This document shows positions 25,507-34,358 of a DNA stretch of 41,861 bases, in pieces. Position 1 is the first letter of the stretch. Every line of letters starts with the position of its first letter. A program made the translations under genes and the position numbers. Where the stretch lies: NCBI GenBank assembly GCA_964526065.1, contig CAZGID010000002.1, positions 1 through 41,861 on the forward strand. The letters run 5' to 3'. The notes beneath the pieces were generated by a model, which saw only the letters and a program-made list of their open reading frames with translations, searched no databases and had not been told where the DNA came from. The stretch is from an uncultured bacterium (GTDB taxonomy: Bacteria; Omnitrophota; Omnitrophia; Omnitrophales; Aquincolibacteriaceae).

Positions 25507-26420
25507 GCGATTTCCTGAAGGTGACGGCCGGTTTTATGCATAAACACATCGGCCAGCGTCGGCTTGCGAAAAATCACCGACTGAATGCGGCCGGGAAAAG
25601 CTTCCACCAGCCGGGTCAAAAAACGATGGCCCTCGGGATGCTCAATTTGCAAGGCATCGTCCGCAATCTGAACCGGTGTTTTAAATTCCGCCTCGATTTC
25701 TTTCGCCAGATCCGCCGGAACGGCCGTCCGGATTTCAAGCACATCACCGCCGATCTGGTTTTTTAATTCCTCCGGTGCTCCCAACGCGGCAACGGTTCCC
25801 TCCGCCATAATCGCAATGCGGTCCGCATACTCCGCTTCTTCCATTAAATGCGTCGCCATCAAAATGGTGAGCCCATCGCGTTTGCGCAATAACGCCAGGT
25901 GATGCCAGAGATCCAGACGCGCTCCCGGGTCCAGACTGCCGGAGGGTTCATCCAGAATCAAAAGCGCGGGACGATGCACCAGCGCCTTGGCAATCTCAAC
26001 CCGCCGCTTGAGCCCGCCCGAAAGTTTTTCGCTGCGCTCCTGCCACCGGTCTTCGAGCCCAAATCGTGCCGCCATCTCCCGGGCCCGAGATTTCAATGCC
26101 TCTCCCGCCAGCCCGTAAAGCTGCCCCTGGTAAAGCAGATTTTCTCCTACCGTCAATTTGGGATCCAGACTGGACGACTGGAAGACCACCCCGAGCCGGC
26201 GGCGGACTTCATGCACCGCTTCGGCCACATCGCAGGCGTCGATTCGAACCTTGCCCGCCGGAATTTGAAGTAAGGTTGAGAGAATCCGCAGCAGCGTGGT
26301 TTTTCCGCTGCCGTTCGGTCCGAGGAGGCCGAAAATTTCTCCCGCATGAACTTCCAGATTTAATTCTTGCAGCGCTTTGCGGCCGTCATAAGCGTAGGTG
26401 AGTTTCTGGATTGAAATCAT
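25503..26420 (-). CDS. ABC transporter ATP-binding protein (ABC-2 subfamily partner)
   Basis: Walker A GPNGSGKTT, signature LSGGLKRR, Walker B LLILDEP. Confidence 0.9.
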   Translation of the reverse strand: MISIQKLTYAYDGRKALQELNLEVHAGEIFGLLGPNGSGKTTLLRILSTLLQIPAGKVRIDACDVAEAVHEVRRRLGVVFQSSSLDPKLTVGENLLYQGQLYGLAGEALKSRAREMAARFGLEDRWQERSEKLSGGLKRRVEIAKALVHRPALLILDEPSGSLDPGARLDLWHHLALLRKRDGLTILMATHLMEEAEYADRIAIMAEGTVAALGAPEELKNQIGGDVLEIRTAVPADLAKEIEAEFKTPVQIADDALQIEHPEGHRFLTRLVEAFPGRIQSVIFRKPTLADVFMHKTGRHLQEIA

Positions 26421-26421
26421 G

Positions 26422-27321
26422 TCAGGCTTTGTCGACCAGCATCAGAATAAAAAGCAGCGAGAGATAAATAATGGAAGCGCGGAATAAAATTCTGGCGCCG
26501 CGTTCCATGCTGCGCACACATCCGGCGCTGACCGCCACCAAAAGGATCCCGAGCAGCAAAGCCCCGCTGAAATAAAAAACGCCCGTCAGGCCGATGAGAG
26601 TCGGCAGCAGGCTGACCGGAAGCAGCACTAAGGCATAAGTAACCGACTGTTTTGCCAGCTGCCCGCCTTCGGGATCGGAGACCGAAAGCACCTGCAATCC
26701 GGCCCTCGCATAATCCTGCCGGAAAATCCAGGCAATCGCGTAAAAATGCGGCATCTGCCAGAGAAAAAGGATCATAAAAATCACGGCCGCTCCGCTGTCC
26801 CAAATGGTGCCGCGCGCTGCGGCCCAGCCGATTAACGGCGGTAAAGCGCCCGGCAAGGCCCCGACCAGCGTGCACCAGGCCGTCTGCCGTTTGAGCGGTG
26901 TATAGAGGAACAAATAACTCAGCAGGGTCAGCGCTGCAATCAGGCTCGCCAGTGAATTAACGCTCATTTCCAGGATTCCAATTCCCAGTACCGCAAGCAC
27001 CAGGCCAAACCCCAGCGCCTCGGCGGGATCCACACGGCCGGAAGGAATCGGACGGCGATGCGTGCGGGTCATCAATGCATCGACATCACGCTCCATCCAT
27101 TGATTCAACACCATGGAGGCGGCCGCCACGAGCGAAGTGCCGCCCATCATCGCCCAGAAAACCGGCGCCGGCGAAAAATTTCCGGCCGCCAGAAAATACC
27201 CGATCATCGTGCTGAAAAGCACAAGAAAAACCAGCCGCGGCTTCATAAGTTCCCAGTAATCGAGAATCAGCGCCTGCGCCTGAGCAAAACGGTCGGTCTC
27301 GTGAAAATCCCGGTTCTTCAT
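26422..27321 (-). CDS. ctaB: Protoheme IX farnesyltransferase (heme O synthase)
   Basis: WELMKPRLVFLVLFSTMIGYFLA..., DALMTRTHRRPIPSGRV, the UbiA-family CtaB/CyoE motifs. Start at the ATG at 27321, in an ATGA overlap with the ctaA stop. Confidence 0.88.
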   Translation of the reverse strand: MKNRDFHETDRFAQAQALILDYWELMKPRLVFLVLFSTMIGYFLAAGNFSPAPVFWAMMGGTSLVAAASMVLNQWMERDVDALMTRTHRRPIPSGRVDPAEALGFGLVLAVLGIGILEMSVNSLASLIAALTLLSYLFLYTPLKRQTAWCTLVGALPGALPPLIGWAAARGTIWDSGAAVIFMILFLWQMPHFYAIAWIFRQDYARAGLQVLSVSDPEGGQLAKQSVTYALVLLPVSLLPTLIGLTGVFYFSGALLLGILLVAVSAGCVRSMERGARILFRASIIYLSLLFILMLVDKA

Positions 27322-28160
27322 TGATGCGCCCTTAACGTGATCAAGACCATTAACCCCAGAATGAGGGCGCCGCCGGTTTGATGGGCCACCGTAAACCAGA
27401 CTTCCGGTCCGGACGGCGCATACCCGGCTTCCAGCAAACGTGTCACAATAAAGGAACCGATTCCCAGAAAAAACTGAATCAGCACCAGAAAACCGATCAG
27501 CCGCGTCACCCAGGGAAGAAGAAAGTCGCGGCTGTACTGCCCTGAAACGCCTAGAAAAACCCGGAGAATGTGAAACAGAACCGCAAAAGCCATCAGCACA
27601 TGCAGACCGATGGCCCATCCATTGCCGGTATGCCGCACGGTGGCGCCCAGAATTAATTGGAGATAAAGAATAACGGCCGTCACCACCATCAGCTTTCGCA
27701 GACGCGGCGCCTGGGCAGGTGCTTCTTCAACGGGCGCATGCGGACGGGAAAGAAAATAAGCAAGGGCGATCAGCAGACAAAAAAAAGTTTGTCCCAGACA
27801 AGCATGGGCAATGGAAACCGCAGACGGCAGCATGAGGATAACCGTCAATCCTCCGAGAAGCGCCTGAATCACGACAGCCGCAAGACAGATCCACGCCAGA
27901 CGCCGGACAATGCCCTTTTCACGCCAGTGAACCCACAGTGTCAGAATCAGCGTCAGAATCCCGACGGTCCCCGCAATCATGCGATGCCCGTGTTCCCAGA
28001 AAATATTGCCGACCATGGGCGGAAAAAACTGACCGTAGGAAAGCGGCCAGTCGGGAACGGCGAGACCGGCTTCATGGCTTGTGACCAGACCTCCGGCCAA
28101 AATCAACAAGAAGGTGGCAGCGACCACCAGGCGGGCATAACGTGAAAGCCAAATATCCAT
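27318..28160 (-). CDS. ctaA: Heme A synthase (COX15/CtaA family)
   Basis: LILAGGLVTSHEAGLAVPDWPLSYGQFFPPM...WEHGHRMIAG and a second His-containing half, the eight-helix CtaA pattern. Confidence 0.85.
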   Translation of the reverse strand: MDIWLSRYARLVVAATFLLILAGGLVTSHEAGLAVPDWPLSYGQFFPPMVGNIFWEHGHRMIAGTVGILTLILTLWVHWREKGIVRRLAWICLAAVVIQALLGGLTVILMLPSAVSIAHACLGQTFFCLLIALAYFLSRPHAPVEEAPAQAPRLRKLMVVTAVILYLQLILGATVRHTGNGWAIGLHVLMAFAVLFHILRVFLGVSGQYSRDFLLPWVTRLIGFLVLIQFFLGIGSFIVTRLLEAGYAPSGPEVWFTVAHQTGGALILGLMVLITLRAHQ

Positions 28161-28175
28161 GCGTCGATGAAGTTA

Positions 28176-28220
28176 TTAAATTAAAAGGGACCCTCCCGGT
28201 ATTTCATCCGGGAAGGTCCC
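28176..28220 (-). terminator. Strong rho-independent terminator between the cupredoxin gene and ctaA
   Basis: Minus strand: GGGACCTTCCCGG, 8-nt loop, CCGGGAGGGTCCC (13 bp with one G-U pair), then TTTTAATTTAA. The plus strand has no T tail. Confidence 0.8.
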
Positions 28221-28236
28221 AGGAAGATACAATCGA

Positions 28237-28938
28237 TCAGGCGGAAAAGGAAAAATCAACGGTCGAGGCAGCAGCCTCATCCACCGTGATTTCCTGAGTC
28301 TGGGTCCCGTACTTTTCGTGCCAGGCTTCCAGAACGTAGGTGCCTGCCGGCAAATCCTTGATTTCAAAAGTTCCCTGATCGCCCGTCACGCTGTAGAACG
28401 GATGCGTCAGGACCCCGGCATAAGCGTTCATCCAGGGATGGACGTCACATTTGAATTTGACCATGACTTCCGGCTCCTTGAACTGACGCTTTAACTTCAT
28501 GCCTTTGATCGGCATGCCCAGATTAAACTCTTTGGATTTTTCAGGCATCCCATGCACATTGTGAAGTGTGCTGTCGCTGTTCATGATTTCAAGCGGCTGG
28601 TCGACTTGAACGCCGAAGACATGGGGATGATACTGACAGCCTGACTGGTCCAGCTTGGCGGGTTCTTTAGGCGCGGGAAATGTCTGCCCCTCTAACCCTT
28701 CTTTGATATAAACAAAAACGTTCTGCAACGTTCCGTTTTCATTAACAACGACTTCTTCAGTATAAACCGGTCCGCTGTGCAAACTGGCGCACGTCGGATC
28801 AGCGTCCATATTAATGCGGGTCGGTTCGGGCGGTGTGCCGGAAAAGTTCACGGTTCCCGTGACGGTCGCCGCCAGGGCTGCATGACTGCCGGTCAAAAGT
28901 GCCAGCAGAGTTCCCAACATCCAGAAATGCTTCCTCAT
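28237..28938 (-). CDS. Secreted cupredoxin (type 1 copper) protein flanked by Ig-like/carboxypeptidase-regulatory-like segments
   Basis: Signal peptide MRKHFWMLGTLLALLTGSHAALA. Candidate Cu ligands are H in STLHNVH and C-x2-H-x2-M in KCDVHPWM. AAGGAGGAGG precedes the ATG. Confidence 0.7.
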   Translation of the reverse strand: MRKHFWMLGTLLALLTGSHAALAATVTGTVNFSGTPPEPTRINMDADPTCASLHSGPVYTEEVVVNENGTLQNVFVYIKEGLEGQTFPAPKEPAKLDQSGCQYHPHVFGVQVDQPLEIMNSDSTLHNVHGMPEKSKEFNLGMPIKGMKLKRQFKEPEVMVKFKCDVHPWMNAYAGVLTHPFYSVTGDQGTFEIKDLPAGTYVLEAWHEKYGTQTQEITVDEAAASTVDFSFSA

Positions 28939-28965
28939 TGTTTCCTCCTCCTTGAAGTCGCTGCC

Positions 28966-31794
28966 TCAGGAAGCCTGCGTTCCCGCAGCTGCCGGGGCCG
29001 GTTCCTGAATCCGTGCCGCCTCTTCGGGTGTGAAGACCATCATATAATCCCGGAGAGCACGGATCTGCTTGTGCATATCGCCGTCTAGTATATCACCAAC
29101 CGGGGACTGTCCGTCATAAAAGAATGTCGGCATCATCGTCCCTTCCTGGATCGCCTGCGGATCCTCGAGCCATGCCAGAATCCAGTCCGGACGAAGCCGC
29201 TCTTTTGCCATCACCAGATTCGGGGCCAGGAAAGAAGCCGATAAGCCCGCGGGCGGATTGGCCTGATGGCATTTGATGCACTGGAAGGTTTTGAAAAGCT
29301 CGCGGCCGGCCTCAATATATTCTGGTGTCGTCGGCGGAATTTCATTAGCCGTAAAGGCCGGGCCCAGCTCTGACAAGTGATTGAAATAAAGAATCAGCGT
29401 CGTGAGCTCGTGGTGATCGAAACCAAAAGTCGGCATCCGGATATTCAACCATGGCCGGATTGTGACGGGACTTTCCAGAAAGTGATAAAGCCAGGGTTCC
29501 TGCACCTTGCTGCCCTCACCCGGCAGAACCGGGGGTGCCATACCAGTATCTTCTTCATAAAGTGCCCGGACTCGTCCCTCAATACCATCCACCGTATGAC
29601 AACCCTGGCAGTTGAACTTTTTGACCAGAAAGCGTCCCGATTCGGTTTCCGCCTCCCGCTGGGTCAATACATCCTGCATTTCAAGCGGAACCTCGCCGTG
29701 CTGCAAGCTCAACAAAAATGTAACAAGCGCTCCGGCTTCTTCATCGGTAAATCCAAATTGCGGCATGCGCAATTTATCCAGATAGGGTTTTACCCTGCCT
29801 TCATCAAAACTGCGCGGATGTTTCAGTTTTTGAAAGAACCAGTCCTGACGGGTGCGGGGGATATCGATAAAACCAAAATCCAGTTTGGCCACTTCCTTGG
29901 AGCCTTCTTCCGTCAACTCGGTGCCAATCGGCTTCGCATCTTCAAATCCCTTGATGTCATGGCAGCCAAAACATCCCTGCCGCGCAATCATTTTACGGCC
30001 CAGATACTCGAGCCGCTCCTGGCGGCCCATTTTTTCCAGCTCGGCGGCGGCGTCTTCATGCCGCATTTGACCGGTCATGAAATTGAGCACCATTTCATTG
30101 ACGACTTCCGGCTTTATGACCGGCAGGCGCTGGCTCTCGAACTTTTCATTGTGATCCTGCAGCAGAAAACTGGCAATGTCGGCGGCCTCCTGATCATTCA
30201 GCCGCAGATTCGGCATCCGTGTTTCAGCATAATAGTGTTGCGGATTCTTGAGCCAGGTAAAAAGCCATTCCGGTGTCACTTTACTTCCCAGACCCGACAG
30301 GACCGGGCCGTGATCGTTCACGGCAGCGTCTCCAACGGTATGGCAGCCAAGACATCCGACAGATTCCACCAGCTGCCTCCCGCGTTCGGGGTCTCCCGCG
30401 GCCGGAAGCGTCTGCAAGGCGACGGGTTCGGAATATTTCATCAGATAAGCGGCGATACCGGCGATGGCCGCATTTTCCTTTTCAACATTCTGCGGATCAT
30501 CTGTATTTTCCAGATGAAAAATCCGCGGCATATTGGTCTCAGGACGGAATTCTTTCGGGTTATGCAGCCAGCGCACAATCCAGTCCTCGGTCAATTTGCT
30601 TTGGATATGCGTCAAACCGGGACCGGCTTTCCAAACCTCTTCAAAGCCTTCCACTTTATGACAGCCGAAACAGCCATTAACGCGCGCCAGCTCGCGGCCC
30701 TGATTCAACCGCGGCGCCTGCGGCACGTCGACGACCCCCTGATGGCACTTGGCGCAAGAAGCTTCAATATGCTGGCTCGGCAGCATCTTATCCGCCCAGA
30801 ATTCCATCGGATGCCAGCCGTATTTCTTTTTCCATTCCTCGGCTTCTTCCGCCGAAGACGGCGTATGCGCAGCGGTCACAAAACTCACGGAATGCCCGCT
30901 TCCGCCATGGCACGTCGTACAGCCGACGGTTTCCAGCGGATGCGGAGATTCGGATCCCAGATACAGATCAAGGTCGGGATGCGTCGTAAACGGCTGCGGC
31001 GCATCTTCAAACCCGGCCTGATCAATGCCGAGATGGCACGTTGTGCAGCGATCCACTTTTTGAACCCGCACGTAATAAAAATCGTCATAAATGTTTTCGA
31101 TGACGGCCTGCTGAATGCGCAAAGTCGGATTCATAAAATCCAGCATCGGGGCATTCAGGATTTCCTTGTCCCAGGAAAACGTATACTTATCCACCTTCTC
31201 TTCCAGCCGGGTGATTTCCTGCGTCAGCACCTTAAGATCGCGGTCCGCTTGCATCAGGTCGGTCATGAGTGCATCCAGCTGATTCTGCACCACTTCCTTT
31301 TCTTTTTCGATCCCTTCAACATCCCGTTGAGCCGTTTCGATTTCCTGCGCCCGAATTTCAAGACGCCGCTCAAAAGGTTCGGCCTTCTCTTCGTTTCCGT
31401 GATGCATGTGCTCTTCATAGTAATACCGGTCCGAATCCTGAAACTGTTTCAGATTCTGGTAATGGCTGTTGGCATTGGCATACGCCACATCAAGACGCGC
31501 CAGCTCCTTGCGCAAACCGGCCATTTCCTCACGCCGTTCCTCGAGGCTGATTTCGGCCGCCTGCATCTGCGCTTTCAAAGCATCAATTTTTTGCTGGTCG
31601 AGTTTCTTGCGGGCTTCTGTCAGCTCCAGTTCCGTTTTCTGACGGTTGTACGCCATAAACTTGCGCTGCCACATTTTCCATTCCCTCGAGCTGTCCTGAA
31701 AAACCATGGCAACCAGACCAATCAGAAGAAGAAGCGAGGCAACCAAAAACCAGAGGGTCGTTTTCCGTGTATTGTAAAGGCTTGGGGATGGCAT
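28966..31794 (-). CDS. Membrane-anchored octaheme c-type cytochrome with a long coiled-coil linker
   Basis: Eight CxxCH motifs: CTTCH twice, CAKCH, CFGCH twice, CLGCH, CQGCH, CIKCH. One N-terminal TM helix. Start placed at the ATG at 31794, 1 nt after the upstream stop, rather than at 31827. Confidence 0.88.
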   Translation of the reverse strand: MPSPSLYNTRKTTLWFLVASLLLLIGLVAMVFQDSSREWKMWQRKFMAYNRQKTELELTEARKKLDQQKIDALKAQMQAAEISLEERREEMAGLRKELARLDVAYANANSHYQNLKQFQDSDRYYYEEHMHHGNEEKAEPFERRLEIRAQEIETAQRDVEGIEKEKEVVQNQLDALMTDLMQADRDLKVLTQEITRLEEKVDKYTFSWDKEILNAPMLDFMNPTLRIQQAVIENIYDDFYYVRVQKVDRCTTCHLGIDQAGFEDAPQPFTTHPDLDLYLGSESPHPLETVGCTTCHGGSGHSVSFVTAAHTPSSAEEAEEWKKKYGWHPMEFWADKMLPSQHIEASCAKCHQGVVDVPQAPRLNQGRELARVNGCFGCHKVEGFEEVWKAGPGLTHIQSKLTEDWIVRWLHNPKEFRPETNMPRIFHLENTDDPQNVEKENAAIAGIAAYLMKYSEPVALQTLPAAGDPERGRQLVESVGCLGCHTVGDAAVNDHGPVLSGLGSKVTPEWLFTWLKNPQHYYAETRMPNLRLNDQEAADIASFLLQDHNEKFESQRLPVIKPEVVNEMVLNFMTGQMRHEDAAAELEKMGRQERLEYLGRKMIARQGCFGCHDIKGFEDAKPIGTELTEEGSKEVAKLDFGFIDIPRTRQDWFFQKLKHPRSFDEGRVKPYLDKLRMPQFGFTDEEAGALVTFLLSLQHGEVPLEMQDVLTQREAETESGRFLVKKFNCQGCHTVDGIEGRVRALYEEDTGMAPPVLPGEGSKVQEPWLYHFLESPVTIRPWLNIRMPTFGFDHHELTTLILYFNHLSELGPAFTANEIPPTTPEYIEAGRELFKTFQCIKCHQANPPAGLSASFLAPNLVMAKERLRPDWILAWLEDPQAIQEGTMMPTFFYDGQSPVGDILDGDMHKQIRALRDYMMVFTPEEAARIQEPAPAAAGTQAS

Positions 31795-31795
31795 A

Positions 31796-32878
31796 TCAGA
31801 TGTTGAAAAAGAACTCCGGAATAGCAACCAGATATTTGAGATTAAACGCCCAGCGCAGAATCATTTTGATCGGAAGCGACATCATGGCCAGAAAAAGAAA
31901 CATCAGGATGTGATACCGTGCCGCACCGAGCGTTTCATACATTTTTTTAAGCCGTGTTTTGGCCAGCAGCAAGGGCGGCACAATGAAATACAGCAAGACC
32001 AGAAGAATGCCGGGGGCCTCGCGGATGAACCATGCCTCCGGAAGTCCCCGGTTCAAGCCTTTGATAAAGATAAACTCGGACAGATTGACGTTGACCAGCG
32101 GCACGACTTTATGAAGATTCCAGGTTTCGAACGGACCGAAAAAGTTCCAGTTCGGGCCGCGCAAAAACGTGCCGACTCCGATCAGAAGAATCCAGAGAAT
32201 CCAGAAACCAAAAAGAAAAGCCGCAATGCCCCACCGGCGCGATTTGAAACAATAGTAACCGGAGGTTTTCGGGTCATTATCAATATAGGGAATGGCCGCC
32301 AGCCCGATAATAATCAGCGTGGGGAAAAACACACCCGCCAGCCAGGGATCAAAATAGACCAGCATTTCCTGCAGCCCTAAAAAGTACCAGGGCGCTTTGG
32401 AGGGGTTGGGAGAAATCGACGGATTGGCCGGCTCCTCCAGCGGCGCCTTCAAAAGCAATGACCAAACCACCAGCAGAACCGAACAAAAAAGTGCCACCAC
32501 AAACTCGATATAGATCAGGTAAGGAAAAACCATGACCTTTTCTTCCGCTTCAGCCTTTTCCACCGTCGGTTTGCCCGCCGCCAGCCGCCCGTCATTGATG
32601 ACAGCTTTGCGCATGGCATACCAGGTGAAATATCCGAAGATGAAAAGCATGCCCACAATCGGAACATTGTCGGGCTTGGTGACAATGGAGCGAAAGTGGT
32701 CGTCCGTCAAACCGATTCCGAAAAAGAGCACGGAAACAATCAAAGCCGGGACGGCAACCCACAGCGAGGTCATAACAGCGGGAAAAGCGATCAACAGGGC
32801 AAGCACCAGGATGGAACCGAAAAAGATACTGACCGGCGAAGAAGCCGCATTAACAAGCTCCTTGAAGACATCGATCAT
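31796..32878 (-). CDS. Cytochrome b C-terminal part (b6f subunit IV-like), extended with extra helices
   Basis: [19 protein letters not shown] corresponds to the PEWY Qo loop of subunit IV and the cytochrome b C-terminal domain. 360 aa with many TM helices. 4-nt overlap with the cytochrome b6-like gene. Confidence 0.85.
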   Translation of the reverse strand: MIDVFKELVNAASSPVSIFFGSILVLALLIAFPAVMTSLWVAVPALIVSVLFFGIGLTDDHFRSIVTKPDNVPIVGMLFIFGYFTWYAMRKAVINDGRLAAGKPTVEKAEAEEKVMVFPYLIYIEFVVALFCSVLLVVWSLLLKAPLEEPANPSISPNPSKAPWYFLGLQEMLVYFDPWLAGVFFPTLIIIGLAAIPYIDNDPKTSGYYCFKSRRWGIAAFLFGFWILWILLIGVGTFLRGPNWNFFGPFETWNLHKVVPLVNVNLSEFIFIKGLNRGLPEAWFIREAPGILLVLLYFIVPPLLLAKTRLKKMYETLGAARYHILMFLFLAMMSLPIKMILRWAFNLKYLVAIPEFFFNI

Positions 32879-33705
32879 AAGGGCGCGCTGATGCCTCCAT
32901 CTTTACGGATGCGCCAGAAGTGCACCGCCATGAGAATGACCGCAGCGACCGGGATCGCTACACAGTGCAGAATATAAAAGCGCAGAAGGGTGGCTTCACC
33001 GACAAATCGGCCGCCAAGCAAAGCAAACCGTGCATCCGAACCGGAATGAATCAAAGGGAATTCGCCGATTTTGAGAAGCGCGGCCCCCGGACCTTCATGC
33101 CCCAGAAACGGAGTGGCGCGCGCCATATTGCTGCCAACGGTAATTGCCCAGATGGCCAGTTGATCCCAGGGAAGCAGATAACCCGTAAAGCTGAGCAGCA
33201 TCGTCAAAACCAGCAGAATGACACCAACCACCCAGTTGAATTCACGCGGGGGTTTATAGGAACCCGTCATGAAGACCCGGAACATATGCAGCCAGACGGT
33301 AATAATCATGGCATGTGCGCCCCAGCGGTGCAGCTCGCGCATAATGCCGAACGGGACGTGTTCTCTTAAGGCGATGATGTCGTTATACGCATATTCGACG
33401 GTCGGACGGTAATAGAACATCAGAAGAATGCCGCTGACCACCAAAGTTAAAAAGATAAAGAAGGTCAGCCCGCCGGCGCACCAGGTAAAACCGAAACGCG
33501 CGCCCTGTTTGCGGATTTTGACGGGATGCAGATGGAAAAAAACGTTGGTCAGAACGGTCATGGCCCGGTCCCGGTCGTCGGTGCTGTAGCCATGGCGGAA
33601 AATAGATTTTCCGACCTGGGTCTTCAGCCGGAAATCTTTAAAGGAAGGAAGTTTGAATTTAGAAAAAAATGATGGCTTTTTTGGATCCTTGTTTTCCGCC
33701 CCCAT
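32875..33705 (-). CDS. Cytochrome b6-type subunit (N-terminal four-helix part of cytochrome b)
   Basis: [47 protein letters not shown]...[16 protein letters not shown]. Close motif-by-motif match to plastid and cyanobacterial cytochrome b6, including the C-terminal GIS-x-PL. Confidence 0.9.
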   Translation of the reverse strand: MGAENKDPKKPSFFSKFKLPSFKDFRLKTQVGKSIFRHGYSTDDRDRAMTVLTNVFFHLHPVKIRKQGARFGFTWCAGGLTFFIFLTLVVSGILLMFYYRPTVEYAYNDIIALREHVPFGIMRELHRWGAHAMIITVWLHMFRVFMTGSYKPPREFNWVVGVILLVLTMLLSFTGYLLPWDQLAIWAITVGSNMARATPFLGHEGPGAALLKIGEFPLIHSGSDARFALLGGRFVGEATLLRFYILHCVAIPVAAVILMAVHFWRIRKDGGISAPL

Positions 33706-33722
33706 AACTCCCTTTCTAAATC

Positions 33723-34358
33723 CTAGAGCATCAAAAGGCTGGCCGGATTATTCCATTCGCCTTTTTCATACTGAAACTTGCGGCTCTTGTCCACCAGCAC
33801 CTGCCCGTCATCGGCCAGCAGAATCGCAAACCTCTCCAGCGGACGCGGCGCCGGACCTTCAAAGTTAATGCCGCTTTTATAAAAGCCGCTGCCATGACAC
33901 GGGCATTTGAACTTTTGCTCGTTTTCCAGCCAGCTCGGCGTGCAGCCCAAATGCGTACAAACAGTCGACAAAACATACATGCCTTCCATTGAACGCACCA
34001 CCCAGATGGCATATTTTTCTTTCCAGCGGGTATCGACCACGCCGACATCATAATCTTCCGGCTTGCCGATCTTAAAGCTCATCTTGGGTTCAAACAAAAC
34101 ATTGGGGAAAAGAAAACGGACACAGGTTGAAATTGCAACCAGCGAAGCCGCTGCAAAAGAAGCCCACGCCACATTCAGCCAGTTCACCACAAAAGCGCGG
34201 CGTGCGGGAGAAGCCGGAGCAGCGGTACGGGCCGCCGGAGCTGATGCAGCGGGGCTGGCTCCTGCCGGAGCGGCCGGACGCGGCGGCACAGGTGCCTCGG
34301 GCTTTTTATCGGCCGGGCCGCCGGCACCTGCCGGCTGATTCTTGTTCTCTTCGTTCAT
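33723..34358 (-). CDS. Rieske [2Fe-2S] subunit
   Basis: CTHLGC and CPCHGS boxes. Twin-arginine-like SPARRAFVV before the TM anchor. Ala/Pro-rich low-complexity N-terminus. Confidence 0.9.
   Translation of the reverse strand: MNEENKNQPAGAGGPADKKPEAPVPPRPAAPAGASPAASAPAARTAAPASPARRAFVVNWLNVAWASFAAASLVAISTCVRFLFPNVLFEPKMSFKIGKPEDYDVGVVDTRWKEKYAIWVVRSMEGMYVLSTVCTHLGCTPSWLENEQKFKCPCHGSGFYKSGINFEGPAPRPLERFAILLADDGQVLVDKSRKFQYEKGEWNNPASLLML

Noticed and set aside
27322-27618. Long N-terminal extensions of ORF-track entries (ctaB to 27618, cobQ to 19884, DUF420 to 24922, pyrE to 15818, trmJ to 16784, the secreted protein to 18272, the octaheme cytochrome to 31827)
   Set aside because: The extensions overlap the upstream gene in another frame, are not family-like in sequence, and each has an internal ATG with an SD or a stop/start overlap (ATGA, TGATG) that fits the conserved domain start.
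29377-31806. 809-aa plus-strand ORF antisense to the octaheme cytochrome gene
   Set aside because: It is codon-aligned with the sense gene: both use triplets starting at positions congruent to 1 mod 3. Antisense stops therefore arise only from sense TTA, CTA or TCA codons, which this GC-rich gene avoids. The product is Arg/Phe/Gln-rich and low in complexity with no motif, whereas the sense strand has eight CxxCH motifs. A shadow ORF.
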